Assembly (NCBI GenBank): GCA_041651455.1
Contig: JBAZJG010000001.1
Coordinates: forward strand, 77,173-141,172
Origin: Candidatus Omnitrophota bacterium
Lineage (GTDB): Bacteria > Omnitrophota > Gorgyraeia > Pluralincolimonadales > Pluralincolimonadaceae
Length of the DNA stretch: 64,000 nucleotides
Direction: 5' to 3'
Position numbers and translations under genes: made by a program. The notes under the pieces were generated by a model. The model did not search any database, was not told the origin of the DNA, and saw nothing but the letters and a program-made list of their open reading frames with translations. The stretch's first letter is position 1; each line of letters starts with the position of its first letter. Positions 9,308 to 19,142 of the stretch are shown piece after piece.

Positions 9308-11239
9308 ATGGCAAGAGCGATCGGAATAGACCTCGGTACATCGAACTCGGCTGCGGCGGTGATGGAAGGCGACCGCCCGGCGATAATACCGTCCGCGGAA
9401 GGCGCGGGCGTGGCCAGCGGGAAGGCGTTCCCGTCTTATGTGGCTTTCACGAAGGACGGACAGCGCCTCGTAGGCGAACCCGCGCGCAGGCAGGCCGCCA
9501 TCAACCCGGAAGGCACGATACAGGCCGCGAAGAGGAAGATGGGCACCGACTTCAAGTTCGGCGTATACGGCAAGGATTATACGCCGCAGCAGATATCGGC
9601 GTTCATCCTCCAGAAGATCAAGCAGGACGCGGAGGCATACCTCGGAGACACAGTCAACGAGGCGGTAATAACATGCCCCGCTTATTTCAACGATAACCAG
9701 CGCCAGGCGACGAAAGACGCCGGCGAGATCGCGGGGCTCAAGGTCCTGCGTATAATCAACGAGCCTACGGCCGCATGCCTCGCGTACGGGATCGACAAGG
9801 CCGAAAAAGAGATGAAGATAATGGTCTTCGACCTCGGCGGCGGTACGCTCGATGTCACCATCATGGAAATGTGGTACGACAAGGAGCAGAAGGCGAGCGG
9901 TTTTGAGGTATTGTCCACGAACGGCGATACCCAGCTCGGCGGCACCGACATGGATAACGCGTTGATAGAATACCTCGTCGGGACATTCAAGCGCGAGACC
10001 GGCATCGACCTCAAGAACGACAAGATGGCGGTCCAGAGGTTGCGCGAGGCGGCCGAGAAGGCGAAGGTCGAGCTCTCAAGCACCCTGCAGACCGACATCA
10101 ACCTGCCGTTCATCACGGCCGACGCGGGCGGGCCGAAGCATTTCACTCATACGATAACCCGCGCAAAACTCGACGACCTCGTGTCGCCGATAGTCAACCG
10201 CTGCCGCGCCCCGATGGAGAACGCGGTAAAGGACGCGAAGCTGACGATGAACGACATAGCAAGGGTAATACTCGTCGGCGGCCCGACGCGCATGCCGATA
10301 ATCCAGAAGTTCGTAGAGGATTACGTCGGCAAGAAGATAGAGCGCGGAGTGGACCCGATGGAGTGCGTCGCCCTGGGCGCCGCGATACAGGCGGCCGCGC
10401 TGAAGGGTGAGATAAACGACATACAGCTCTTGGACGTCACACCGCTTTCGCTGGGCATCGAGACGCTAGGTGGTGTTTTTACTAAATTAATCGAAAGAAA
10501 CACTACCATACCGACCAGGCAGAGCCAGACATTCTCTACCGCGGCGGACAACCAGCCGGCAGTCACGGTGCGCGTGCTGCAGGGCGAACGGCCTATGGCC
10601 AACGACAATGTTGAGCTCGGACGCTTCGACCTCGTGGGTATCCCGCCGGCGCCGAGGGGCATGCCTAAGATAGAGGTCACCTTCGATATCGACGCGAACG
10701 GAATTGTCCATGTCAACGCGAAAGACGTAGGCACGGGTAAGGAGCAGTCGATAAAGATCACGGCTCCGAAGAAGCTGTCGAAGGAAGAGATAGACCGCAT
10801 GGTCAAGGAAGCCGAGAAGTTCGCTTCCGAAGACACAAAGAAGAAGGAAGAGATTGAGACCGTAAATCAGGCTGATATGCTGGTTTATCAGACCGAGAAG
10901 CAGCTCAAAGATTACGGCGACAAGGTCAGCCAGCAGGACAGGGCCAATATAGAGACGGGTCTCAACGACCTGAAGCAGGCGATAAAGGACAAGAATGTCG
11001 ACCGCATCAAGAAGTCGATGGAGTCGCTGCAGCAAGCGTCGTATAAACTCGCCGAGGAGATATACAAGGCGAGCTCCCAAAAAGGTCCTCAGGGAGGCCA
11101 GCAGGAAGGTCCGCAGGCGGGCCCCGAGCAGCCGCAGGGCGGCCCGGCCGGAGAGGCAGGCCAGGAAGGCGGCACCAAGAAAGACGACATCATCGACGCC
11201 GAGTTCCGCGCGGATGATGAGGATAAAAAGAAAAGGTAA
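9308..11239 (+). CDS. dnaK: Molecular chaperone DnaK (Hsp70)
   Basis: Hsp70 signatures [23 protein letters not shown] and the Gly/Gln-rich tail are present. Confidence 0.97.
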   Translation: MARAIGIDLGTSNSAAAVMEGDRPAIIPSAEGAGVASGKAFPSYVAFTKDGQRLVGEPARRQAAINPEGTIQAAKRKMGTDFKFGVYGKDYTPQQISAFILQKIKQDAEAYLGDTVNEAVITCPAYFNDNQRQATKDAGEIAGLKVLRIINEPTAACLAYGIDKAEKEMKIMVFDLGGGTLDVTIMEMWYDKEQKASGFEVLSTNGDTQLGGTDMDNALIEYLVGTFKRETGIDLKNDKMAVQRLREAAEKAKVELSSTLQTDINLPFITADAGGPKHFTHTITRAKLDDLVSPIVNRCRAPMENAVKDAKLTMNDIARVILVGGPTRMPIIQKFVEDYVGKKIERGVDPMECVALGAAIQAAALKGEINDIQLLDVTPLSLGIETLGGVFTKLIERNTTIPTRQSQTFSTAADNQPAVTVRVLQGERPMANDNVELGRFDLVGIPPAPRGMPKIEVTFDIDANGIVHVNAKDVGTGKEQSIKITAPKKLSKEEIDRMVKEAEKFASEDTKKKEEIETVNQADMLVYQTEKQLKDYGDKVSQQDRANIETGLNDLKQAIKDKNVDRIKKSMESLQQASYKLAEEIYKASSQKGPQGGQQEGPQAGPEQPQGGPAGEAGQEGGTKKDDIIDAEFRADDEDKKKR

Positions 11240-11251
11240 TACATAAGAAAT

Positions 11252-11348
11252 CTTGAAATCCGGGTTTCACTTGGCCTTATTTATTACTCGCAGCATGCGA
11301 TAGCAACTGCGTCATAAACCGGCTCTGCGTGAAACACCGGATTTCAAG
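11252..11348. repeat. Long-range inverted repeat in the dnaK-dnaJ spacer, with a nested inner hairpin
   Basis: The 19-20 nt arms are cttgaaatccgggtttcac at 11252-11270 and gtgaaacaccggatttcaag at 11329-11348. An inner cgcag...ctgcg palindrome lies between them. Confidence 0.6.
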
Positions 11349-11374
11349 TATGCTTATGCATTAACATTTTATTT

Positions 11375-12538
11375 ATGGCAGACAAGCGCGATTACTATGA
11401 AATACTCGGCGTGCAAAAGAGCGCCGGGGCGGATGAGATAAAGGGCGCCTACCGGAAGCTGGCGCTCAAATACCATCCCGACAGGAACCCTGCAGACAAG
11501 AAGGCCGCGGAAGAGAAGTTCAAGGAACTTTCCGAGGCCTATGCTGTTTTATCGGATCCGCAAAAGAGGGCGCAGTACGACCAGTTCGGCCACGAGGGCA
11601 TAGATTCGCGCTACACGCGCGAGGATATCTACCGCGGCGCGGACTTCTCGAGCATATTCGAGGACCTCGGTATGGGAGGCATCGACCTCGAGGATATACT
11701 TGGCGGCATATTCGGCGGCGGCCACGGGATGTTCGGAGGGCAAAGGGCAGGCGCTGGAGGCAGGCGCCGCGGGTCGGACCTTCAGTTCGACCTGGAGATA
11801 AGCTTCATAGAAGCGGCTTTCGGCACTTCGAAAGAGTTCGTGGTGCCGCGCCACGAGATGTGCCAGGCATGCAAGGGCGAAGGCACCGCGCCCGGGTCAT
11901 CCCGCCAGGCGTGCTCAAAGTGCGGAGGAAGGGGCCAGGTACAGTCCTCGCAGGGATTCATGTTCTTCTCGCGGCCGTGCGACAAGTGCGGCGGGGAAGG
12001 AAGCATCATAACGAAGCCGTGCCCTAAATGCAGGGGCGCCGGCAGGACGGTCGTAGACAGGAAGATAACGGTCAAGATACCCGCCGGCATTGAGAGCGGT
12101 ATGCGGCTGCGCGTCGCGGGCGAAGGCGAGGCCGGCCAGCGCGGAGGCCAGCGCGGAGACCTTTACGTCCTCGTTTACGTGAGGCCCCACGAGATCTTCG
12201 AACGCCACGGCAGCGACATATTATGCGAAGTACCGATCTCGATGATAGACGCCGCACTAGGTACAGAAGTCGAGGTCCCTACGCTCAAGAGCAGGGTAAA
12301 AATGAAGGTCCCACCGGGTACCCAGAGCGGCAAGATATTCAGGCTCAGGGGCGAGGGGATAGCGGATGTCCATTCCGGAGTCCGCGGAGACGAGCATGTC
12401 CGTGTGATAGTCGAGACGCCGACGGCGGTCAACGAAGCCCAGAAGCGCATCCTCAGGGAGTTCGCCAAGGCCTCGGGCGAGGAGACCTTCCCCAAAGCCG
12501 CCTCATTCATCAAGAAGATAAAGAGCTTTTTCAGGTGA
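11375..12538 (+). CDS. dnaJ: Molecular chaperone DnaJ
   Basis: The J-domain [14 protein letters not shown], a G/F-rich region and four CxxCxGxG zinc-finger repeats are present. Confidence 0.95.
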   Translation: MADKRDYYEILGVQKSAGADEIKGAYRKLALKYHPDRNPADKKAAEEKFKELSEAYAVLSDPQKRAQYDQFGHEGIDSRYTREDIYRGADFSSIFEDLGMGGIDLEDILGGIFGGGHGMFGGQRAGAGGRRRGSDLQFDLEISFIEAAFGTSKEFVVPRHEMCQACKGEGTAPGSSRQACSKCGGRGQVQSSQGFMFFSRPCDKCGGEGSIITKPCPKCRGAGRTVVDRKITVKIPAGIESGMRLRVAGEGEAGQRGGQRGDLYVLVYVRPHEIFERHGSDILCEVPISMIDAALGTEVEVPTLKSRVKMKVPPGTQSGKIFRLRGEGIADVHSGVRGDEHVRVIVETPTAVNEAQKRILREFAKASGEETFPKAASFIKKIKSFFR

Positions 12539-12626
12539 ACGCCTCCTGCAAAGGCAGGTTCCGCAGGCTCCTGATTTTTTGGTTCCCAGTCATAGCATAT
12601 TGTGTTATAATCTTTATCGGTTCCGC

Positions 12627-12906
12627 GATGGAAAAGCCGCTCCCTGAGACACAGATCCCGCAGCTGGACAAATTCCTGCATGTGGTAGAATTCGGGGGGC
12701 TGTGTTTCCTGTTGATGCGGGCGCTTAAAGGAAGCTTCGCGGAGATGCCCCGCAGGATGGTCTTCATCATCGCGGTATCCTGCACAGTTCTGTACGGCGC
12801 CTCGGACGAAGTCCACCAGCTGTTCGTCCCGGGCAGGGTCAGCAGCATTATCGACTTGTTTTTTGATTCCCTCGGAGCGCTTATAATAGGCCTGATAAAA
12901 AAATGA
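12627..12906 (+). CDS. VanZ-like family membrane protein; start uncertain. The conserved N-terminal TM helix is encoded upstream of the first downstream ATG, 12627, in the same frame.
   Basis: Four predicted TM helices are present, together with the VanZ-type motif ...YGASDEVHQLFVPGRVSSIIDLFFDSLGALI. The only other in-frame ATG, at 12223, would overlap dnaJ by 316 nt. Confidence 0.45.
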
Positions 12907-14207
12907 CGATAATCAAACCGTTCAACGGCTACAGGTACGATACCCGCAAGACGGGAAAGCTTTCGAAGGTTATCACCCCTCCTTATGATGTCATAAACCC
13001 CAAACAGCAGGAAGCGTATTACCGCAAACACCCGGAAAATTTCATCCGCCTAGATCTCGGGAAGAAATACGCGAAGGACGACAGGGATGATAACAGGTAT
13101 ACGAGGGCCGCGAAGGCTCTCGAGGAATGGATAAGCAAAGGGATACTCGCGAAGGACCGCGAACCCTCGATATACGTCTACAGCCAGGAATATACGATAG
13201 GCGGGAGGAGGAAGGCGCGGCTCGGTTTCATCTCGCTCGCAAAGCTCGAGGAGGACCGCACGAAAGGGTTCCTGCCGCACGAGCGCACGTTCAAGGGGCC
13301 TAAGCTCGACAGGCTCAACCTGATGAAAGAGACCGGCGCGAACCTGAGCCCGATATTCTCGATAGTCTTCGACGATAACAATAAGATAATGGGTATACTG
13401 AAGCGCGTCTCGAGAAGCCGGAAGCCGGCGATAGACGTCGCGTTCGAAGGGACTAGGAACAAGGTCTGGCGCATGACGGACCCGGCGCTTATCAGGAAGC
13501 TCGAAGGCCTCATGTCGAAGAAGAAGGCGCTTATCGCGGACGGCCACCACCGCTACGAGGTTGCGCTGGAATACAAAGTCCTGAGCGAAGCGAAGGGCAA
13601 GGCCCCGCAGGACTGCCGCAGCGCCCTGAGCGAAGCGAAGGGTTACGTAATGATGTATTTCGCGACATCCGACCCGAAAGGGCTCGCGATACTTCCCACA
13701 CACCGCATGCTCGAAGGCGTATCAGCCAAAGACCTCCTGAAGAATTCCGGCAAATTAAAAGAATATTTCGATATCATAAAGGTATACGGCAGGAAAGGCA
13801 TGCTCGCGTGCATGAAACGCTGCGGCGGGCACGTAATAGGAGTATTCCTCGGAGGGAAGGACTACCTTTGCCTTAAACTGAACAGGGCGGACGCAAGCTC
13901 GCTCATAAGATCGGAGAACTCCTCCTACTGGAGGAACCTCGACGTGGTAATATTGCACCAGCTTGTCTTCGATAAGGTGCTGGGGCTTAAAGGCGAAAAA
14001 GCTGAAAAGGCGATAACGTTCACGAGGGACCCGGAAGTAGCGTTCAAATGGGCGGCCGGCAGGGGCAAGAGGATATCATTCTTTCTGAACCCGCCGTCGC
14101 TGAAAGATATCTATAACATAGTCAGGTGCCGCGAGCGGATGCCGCATAAGACGACGTATTTCTTCCCGAAGCCGCCGTCGGGCCTCGTCATCAACAGGCT
14201 GGAGTGA
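12903..14207 (+). CDS. DUF1015 family protein
   Basis: The N-terminus PFNGYRYD...VITPPYDVIN matches the DUF1015 signature, and the 434 aa size fits. Confidence 0.55.
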   Translation: MTIIKPFNGYRYDTRKTGKLSKVITPPYDVINPKQQEAYYRKHPENFIRLDLGKKYAKDDRDDNRYTRAAKALEEWISKGILAKDREPSIYVYSQEYTIGGRRKARLGFISLAKLEEDRTKGFLPHERTFKGPKLDRLNLMKETGANLSPIFSIVFDDNNKIMGILKRVSRSRKPAIDVAFEGTRNKVWRMTDPALIRKLEGLMSKKKALIADGHHRYEVALEYKVLSEAKGKAPQDCRSALSEAKGYVMMYFATSDPKGLAILPTHRMLEGVSAKDLLKNSGKLKEYFDIIKVYGRKGMLACMKRCGGHVIGVFLGGKDYLCLKLNRADASSLIRSENSSYWRNLDVVILHQLVFDKVLGLKGEKAEKAITFTRDPEVAFKWAAGRGKRISFFLNPPSLKDIYNIVRCRERMPHKTTYFFPKPPSGLVINRLE

Positions 14208-14208
14208 C

Positions 14209-15045
14209 ATGTTCGGAAAACCCAAATATACGATAGTCAAAGTTGCGAAAAAGAAAGACATCCCCGAAGGACTCTGGACAAAATGCGAGGACTGCGGGGA
14301 TATCATATATAACAAGGCGCTCGAGGAGAACATGAAGGTCTGCCCGAAATGCGATTACCATTTCGTGCTTACCGCCCACGAAAGGATCGCGATGCTCATG
14401 GACGAAGGCAGCTTCGAGGAACGTGATTCCGCCCTGAGGCCGATGGACCCGCTTCTCTTCAAGGGCCCGCGCTCCTACGAGGATAAGCTGAAAGAGGACC
14501 AGATAGCCACGGGCCTTACCGAGGCCTGCATAAGCGGCAGGGGTTCGATCGAAGGCAAGAGGGTCATACTGGTAGTCACGGATTCGCGTTTCATAATGGG
14601 GTCGATGGGATCCGTCGTGGGCGAAAAGATAGCCCGCGCGACGGAGCTCGCGACGAACCTCCGCTTGCCGCTGGTCATAGTATCGGGTTCAGGCGGAGGC
14701 GCAAGGATGTATGAAGGGCTCTTCTCGCTGATGCAGATGGCAAAGACCTCGGCCGCCATCGCGAAACTGCATGAGGCCGGCGTGCCGTATATCTCCGTCC
14801 TGACCAACCCGACGATGGCCGGCATCATGGCAAGCTTCGCGTCGCTCGGGGACGTGATAATAGCAGAGCCGAAGGCGCTTATAGGGTTTACTGGGCCCAG
14901 GGTAATCGAGCAGACGATAAGGCAGAAGCTCCCGCCGGGTTTCCAGCGCTCCGAGTTCCTGCTCGAGCACGGGCTGCTGGACATGATAATGCACCGGAAG
15001 ACCCTTAAACCCGGAATTGCCCAGTTAATAGAGTTCTTGACCTAA
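14209..15045 (+). CDS. accD: Acetyl-CoA carboxylase carboxyltransferase subunit beta (AccD)
   Basis: The N-terminal Zn-ribbon CEDCGDII...CPKCDYH is followed by a carboxyltransferase domain. Confidence 0.9.
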   Translation: MFGKPKYTIVKVAKKKDIPEGLWTKCEDCGDIIYNKALEENMKVCPKCDYHFVLTAHERIAMLMDEGSFEERDSALRPMDPLLFKGPRSYEDKLKEDQIATGLTEACISGRGSIEGKRVILVVTDSRFIMGSMGSVVGEKIARATELATNLRLPLVIVSGSGGGARMYEGLFSLMQMAKTSAAIAKLHEAGVPYISVLTNPTMAGIMASFASLGDVIIAEPKALIGFTGPRVIEQTIRQKLPPGFQRSEFLLEHGLLDMIMHRKTLKPGIAQLIEFLT

Positions 15046-15097
15046 TTTAACTTATGTAGTATCATTGACTTAAATATACTTACTTAAGGAGGTTCAA

Positions 15098-16201
15098 ATG
15101 GCTCAGGTAAGTCTCAGGCATGTCTCAAAGATCTATTCCGGCAACGTCAGGGCTGTCTCGGACGTAACGCTCGGCATAGAGAACAAGGAATTTGTGGTCT
15201 TCGTCGGCCCTTCCGGGTGCGGAAAGTCGACGACATTAAGGATGATAGCGGGCCTCGAGGAGATATCCGAGGGCGAGATATATATAGGCGACAAGCTCGT
15301 CAACGATGTCCCCGCAAAGGACCGCGATATCGCGATGGTCTTCCAGAATTATGCGCTCTATCCGCATATGACGGTATACGAGAACATGGCTTTCGGCCTG
15401 CGCCTTCGTAAGTATTCAAAGGCGGAGATAGACCAGCGCGTCAAGGAAGCCGCCCAGACGCTCGGGATAGCCAAGTACCTCAACAGGAGGCCGAAGGAAC
15501 TCTCCGGCGGCGAGAGGCAGAGGGTGGCCGTAGGGCGCGCGATAGTAAGGAAACCGCTCGTCTTCCTGTTCGATGAGCCGCTTTCGAACCTCGACGCGAA
15601 GATGCGCGTGCAGATGAGGACCGACATAAACAAGCTGCATACGCGCCTGCAGTCGACTATGATCTATGTCACGCACGACCAGACCGAAGCCATGACGCTG
15701 GGCAACCGCATCGTAGTCATGAAGGACGGCGTCGTGCATCAGGTCGCAGACCCCATATCCCTCTACGACAAGCCGGTCAACAAATTTGTAGCGGGCTTCA
15801 TAGGCAGCCCTCCGATGAACTTCCTGAACGGCAGGCTCATCAAGACGGACGGGAAGTTCCATTTCGACGAAGGGACGTTCAGGATAAGGATAGTCGATGA
15901 TATGGTGCCGAAGGTCTCGGCCTATGAAGGGAAAGAGATCATTTTCGGAATCAGGCCGGAGGACATTTATGACAAGCTGTTCGTCCAGGAGGCCGCGCCG
16001 GAGAACACGGTCACGGCAAGGGTCGATGTAGTCGAGCCTATGGGTTCGGAAGTCTACCTGCATATGGCGACTCCAAAACAATCGTTCACAGCGCGCGTCG
16101 GTGGCCACGATAAGCCCGAAGTCAACCACGATATAGACCTCGTGTTCGACATGTGCAAGTTTCATTTCTTCGATAAGGACACCGAGAAAGCGATAGCCTA
16201 G
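15098..16201 (+). CDS. Sugar ABC transporter ATP-binding protein (MalK/UgpC/MsmK family), with no adjacent permease
   Basis: Walker A GPSGCGKST, the signature LSGGERQRVA, a Walker B, and a C-terminal MalK-type regulatory (TOBE) domain are present. A strong RBS aaggagg precedes the ATG. Confidence 0.85.
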   Translation: MAQVSLRHVSKIYSGNVRAVSDVTLGIENKEFVVFVGPSGCGKSTTLRMIAGLEEISEGEIYIGDKLVNDVPAKDRDIAMVFQNYALYPHMTVYENMAFGLRLRKYSKAEIDQRVKEAAQTLGIAKYLNRRPKELSGGERQRVAVGRAIVRKPLVFLFDEPLSNLDAKMRVQMRTDINKLHTRLQSTMIYVTHDQTEAMTLGNRIVVMKDGVVHQVADPISLYDKPVNKFVAGFIGSPPMNFLNGRLIKTDGKFHFDEGTFRIRIVDDMVPKVSAYEGKEIIFGIRPEDIYDKLFVQEAAPENTVTARVDVVEPMGSEVYLHMATPKQSFTARVGGHDKPEVNHDIDLVFDMCKFHFFDKDTEKAIA

Positions 16202-16202
16202 T

Positions 16203-17633
16203 TTGAAAAAAATGAAACTCGTTTCAGGGATACTTGCGATAGCAGGTTTTCTCTTCGCGTCTACTCTTATCGTCTCAGCCTGCCATCAATACCCCATAGA
16301 ATACTGGATATACGGGGTCGTAGGTTCCCTGCTCATACTCGTAAACTTCCTCATACTTGCCGCGTGGTTCGCCTTCGGCGAATGGGGGCTCTGGACGTAT
16401 GTAGCCCTCTCCTCGGTGCTTACCCTTTTCGTCACGCTAGTCACCAACGCAAGGTGGCTCAATATCCAGATACTCGTATTCGTGGCACTCGGAGCGTTCG
16501 TGTCGATATTCAAGAACAGCATGGTCTCGTATATCATGTCCATAGACAGGCAGATAGGCACGCTCGAGGAAGAGCGCAATGCGCTGCAGGCGGAATATTC
16601 GTATATGCAGGGGACGAATGACGCGCTGAAGGAGAAAGTGATCAGGTATGCGACGCTCAAGGACCTCACAAGCAGGCTCAGTTCAACGCTTGCTCTGGAA
16701 GGGGTCATCGATATAGTGATCGAGAACGTATCGGACCTAGTCGAGAAGGCCGATGCCTGCATCCTCTACCTGGTCGATGAGGACGCGCACGAGCTCGCGC
16801 TGAAGGCCGCGCGCAGCAAGGAAGGCACGCTCTCGATAAAATCCAAGAAGGGCGACATCTTCGACATGTGGGTGCTGAAACAGAGGCAGCCACTGCTCGT
16901 CTCCGATACGGACAAGGATTTCAGGTTCAACCTCGACCTCGTCCCCGAAGAGTTCAGGAGGGAGTTCAAGTCGGTCATTGCGGCGCCGCTGATATCGCAA
17001 AAGAAGGTTATAGGCATACTGAGGGTCGAATCGAGGGAAGTCGAGGCGTACGTTTCGGATGACCTGAGGCTGTTGACCACGCTCTCCGACCTCGCCGCGA
17101 TCGCGCTTGAGAACGCGAAGCTCTACCGCCGAATAGAAGAGCTCGCGATCAGCGACGGGCTTACCGGCCTTTATTGCCAGCGCTACTTCAAGGAAAGGCT
17201 GGAAGAGGACATCCTTAAGGCCACAAGGCTCAGGCAGCCGCTCTCGCTTCTCATGGTAGACATAGACGGTTTTAAGTCATATAACGACAAATACGGGCAT
17301 ACTGCCGGCGATATAGTGTTGAAGTCGATAGGCGATATAATGAAATACTCGATAGAGCTCGGAGACCTGGCGGCAAGGTACGGCGGCGAGGAGTTCGTCA
17401 TAATACTTTTCGGGAAGAACAAACAGGATGCGAAATCGCTCGGCGAGGCCATCAGGAAAAAGATAGGGTCGCAGAAGTTCATCCTAAGGCAGGTGGAAAC
17501 GCACGTTACCGTCTCCATAGGATGCGCGACGCTTCCCGAGGATGCGGTGGCAAGGGACGAGTTGATCAGGACCGCGGATGCGGCCCTCTATCAGGCGAAA
17601 TCGGGAGGAGGCGACAAGGTATGCCTGGCGTGA
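16203..17633 (+). CDS. Membrane-anchored GAF-GGDEF diguanylate cyclase
   Basis: There are N-terminal TM helices, a GAF-like domain and a GGDEF domain with the active-site sequence RYGGEEF. Confidence 0.8.
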   Translation: MKKMKLVSGILAIAGFLFASTLIVSACHQYPIEYWIYGVVGSLLILVNFLILAAWFAFGEWGLWTYVALSSVLTLFVTLVTNARWLNIQILVFVALGAFVSIFKNSMVSYIMSIDRQIGTLEEERNALQAEYSYMQGTNDALKEKVIRYATLKDLTSRLSSTLALEGVIDIVIENVSDLVEKADACILYLVDEDAHELALKAARSKEGTLSIKSKKGDIFDMWVLKQRQPLLVSDTDKDFRFNLDLVPEEFRREFKSVIAAPLISQKKVIGILRVESREVEAYVSDDLRLLTTLSDLAAIALENAKLYRRIEELAISDGLTGLYCQRYFKERLEEDILKATRLRQPLSLLMVDIDGFKSYNDKYGHTAGDIVLKSIGDIMKYSIELGDLAARYGGEEFVIILFGKNKQDAKSLGEAIRKKIGSQKFILRQVETHVTVSIGCATLPEDAVARDELIRTADAALYQAKSGGGDKVCLA

Positions 17634-19096
17634 ACGCAAATACGCAGATAGGCCCGCAGCCCAGCCCCCGGAAGCGGCTCTTCTCGGGAAAGGGCATATT
17701 CTTCCTGTTCCTGTTCCTTGCGCTTGTCCGTCCGGCATACAGCCTGATCTTCAGCCAAAAGGCGTCGTTCTTCCTTCTCAACGTGAACCTTTCAGTGATC
17801 GCGATAGTCCCGGTCGCGTTCGAGTTCGGCCTTGTTCCCGCATACATTATATCGGGGTCGGTAAGCGCTGTCACGGTCGTGTCGATGTTCTTCAATAAAG
17901 GCGCGGAGCTGCCGTATCTAGCGTCGATACTTTTCATAAACCTTATCCCGCTGCTCCCCTCGTATTATAACGGGATGTATAACGAGTATTTCAAGAAGAA
18001 GAACTCGATTTTCAGCGAATCCAGGGCATCGTACGAAGAGTTCACGACCGAGCTTAAGGTGCTCAAGGACCTCAATATATCCCTGCAGAACCAGGTCCAC
18101 GACATCCTCGACCTCTACGAAGTGACAAAGAAGATGAGCGCCTCGCTCGAAATGGAAGAGATGCTGAGGATATTCAGGGATGCCGTAAGCAAGATATCGA
18201 AGTTCGTGACCGCGAAGGTCATACTGATAGACGAATCCCAGGAGGTCCCGGTCGCGCGGGTGACATATGAGATACATAACCCCACAACGAAGAGGCCGTC
18301 GTCGGCCGATGTGCACAGCGGGCCGCCCGGCAAATTCGACCAGCTGCTGGCGGAATCCATATCGTCGCGCAAGGAAGTCATATACCTTAAGTCCCCGATA
18401 GAACGCAGCCACCCGTTCAGGGAGTTCCTGGGCGGCGGGGACAAGTCGTTCATAGCGCTGCCTTTGCTTTCCGAAGGTATACCCATAGGCATACTTACCA
18501 TAGAGGGTATAGACGAAGAGCATGCCGAGAGCTTCTCTATCCTCGCGGAGCAGCTATCGCTCGAGCTTAAGAAGATAAGCCTGTACGAGAGGGTGCAGTC
18601 GCTTGCGATAACCGACGGGTTGACCGGCATATACGTCAGGAGGCATTTCCTCGAGAGGTACGCGGAGGATTTCGCTCGCTCGAAGAGGCACAACCTGAAG
18701 CTGTCAGTCCTCATGATAGACCTCGACCATTTCAAGCAGTGCAATGACACGTACGGCCATCTCGTCGGGGATATCGTGCTGAAGGAGATAGCAAAGATAA
18801 TGAAGGATTTCGTCCGCCAGGTGGACCTTATAGGAAGGTATGGCGGCGAGGAGTTCGTGCTCGCGCTGCCCGACACCGACAGGAATTCCGCGATAGCCGT
18901 AGCGGAGAGGATAAGGCAGGAGGTCGAAAGGCACAAGTTCAGGGCGTATGACGAAACGATAGCGATGACCATCAGCGCGGGCGTCGCGACATACCCGGAT
19001 AACGGAGACGATGTCCAGGTCCTGATAGACAAGGCGGACCAGGCCCTTTACAGGGCCAAGGAAGAGGGAAGGAACAGGGTGGTAAGTTGGCCCTGA
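17621..19096 (+). CDS. Membrane-anchored GAF-GGDEF diguanylate cyclase, a tandem paralog. Its start ATG at 17621 overlaps the upstream stop (ATGcctggcgTGA).
   Basis: It has TM helices, a GAF-like region and GGDEF (RYGGEEF). The track ORF begins at 17522, inside the upstream gene. Confidence 0.75.
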   Translation: MPGVNANTQIGPQPSPRKRLFSGKGIFFLFLFLALVRPAYSLIFSQKASFFLLNVNLSVIAIVPVAFEFGLVPAYIISGSVSAVTVVSMFFNKGAELPYLASILFINLIPLLPSYYNGMYNEYFKKKNSIFSESRASYEEFTTELKVLKDLNISLQNQVHDILDLYEVTKKMSASLEMEEMLRIFRDAVSKISKFVTAKVILIDESQEVPVARVTYEIHNPTTKRPSSADVHSGPPGKFDQLLAESISSRKEVIYLKSPIERSHPFREFLGGGDKSFIALPLLSEGIPIGILTIEGIDEEHAESFSILAEQLSLELKKISLYERVQSLAITDGLTGIYVRRHFLERYAEDFARSKRHNLKLSVLMIDLDHFKQCNDTYGHLVGDIVLKEIAKIMKDFVRQVDLIGRYGGEEFVLALPDTDRNSAIAVAERIRQEVERHKFRAYDETIAMTISAGVATYPDNGDDVQVLIDKADQALYRAKEEGRNRVVSWP

Positions 19097-19142
19097 AATA
19101 TATTGAAAAATCACGCGTTTTGAGTTAAGATTAACTCCTCAA

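Noticed and set aside
11240-11374. A possible tRNA in the 135-nt dnaK-dnaJ gap
   Set aside because: There is no T-loop (GTTCRANYC-like) or cloverleaf pattern; the structure is a simple long-range inverted repeat.
12223-12626. Using ATG 12223 as the start of the VanZ-like gene
   Set aside because: It would overlap dnaJ by 316 nt in another frame and encode a low-complexity Arg-rich N-terminus.
17522-17620. The track start for the second GGDEF gene, 99 nt inside the first
   Set aside because: An in-frame ATG at 17621 overlapping the upstream stop (ATGcctggcgTGA) gives a standard coupled arrangement.
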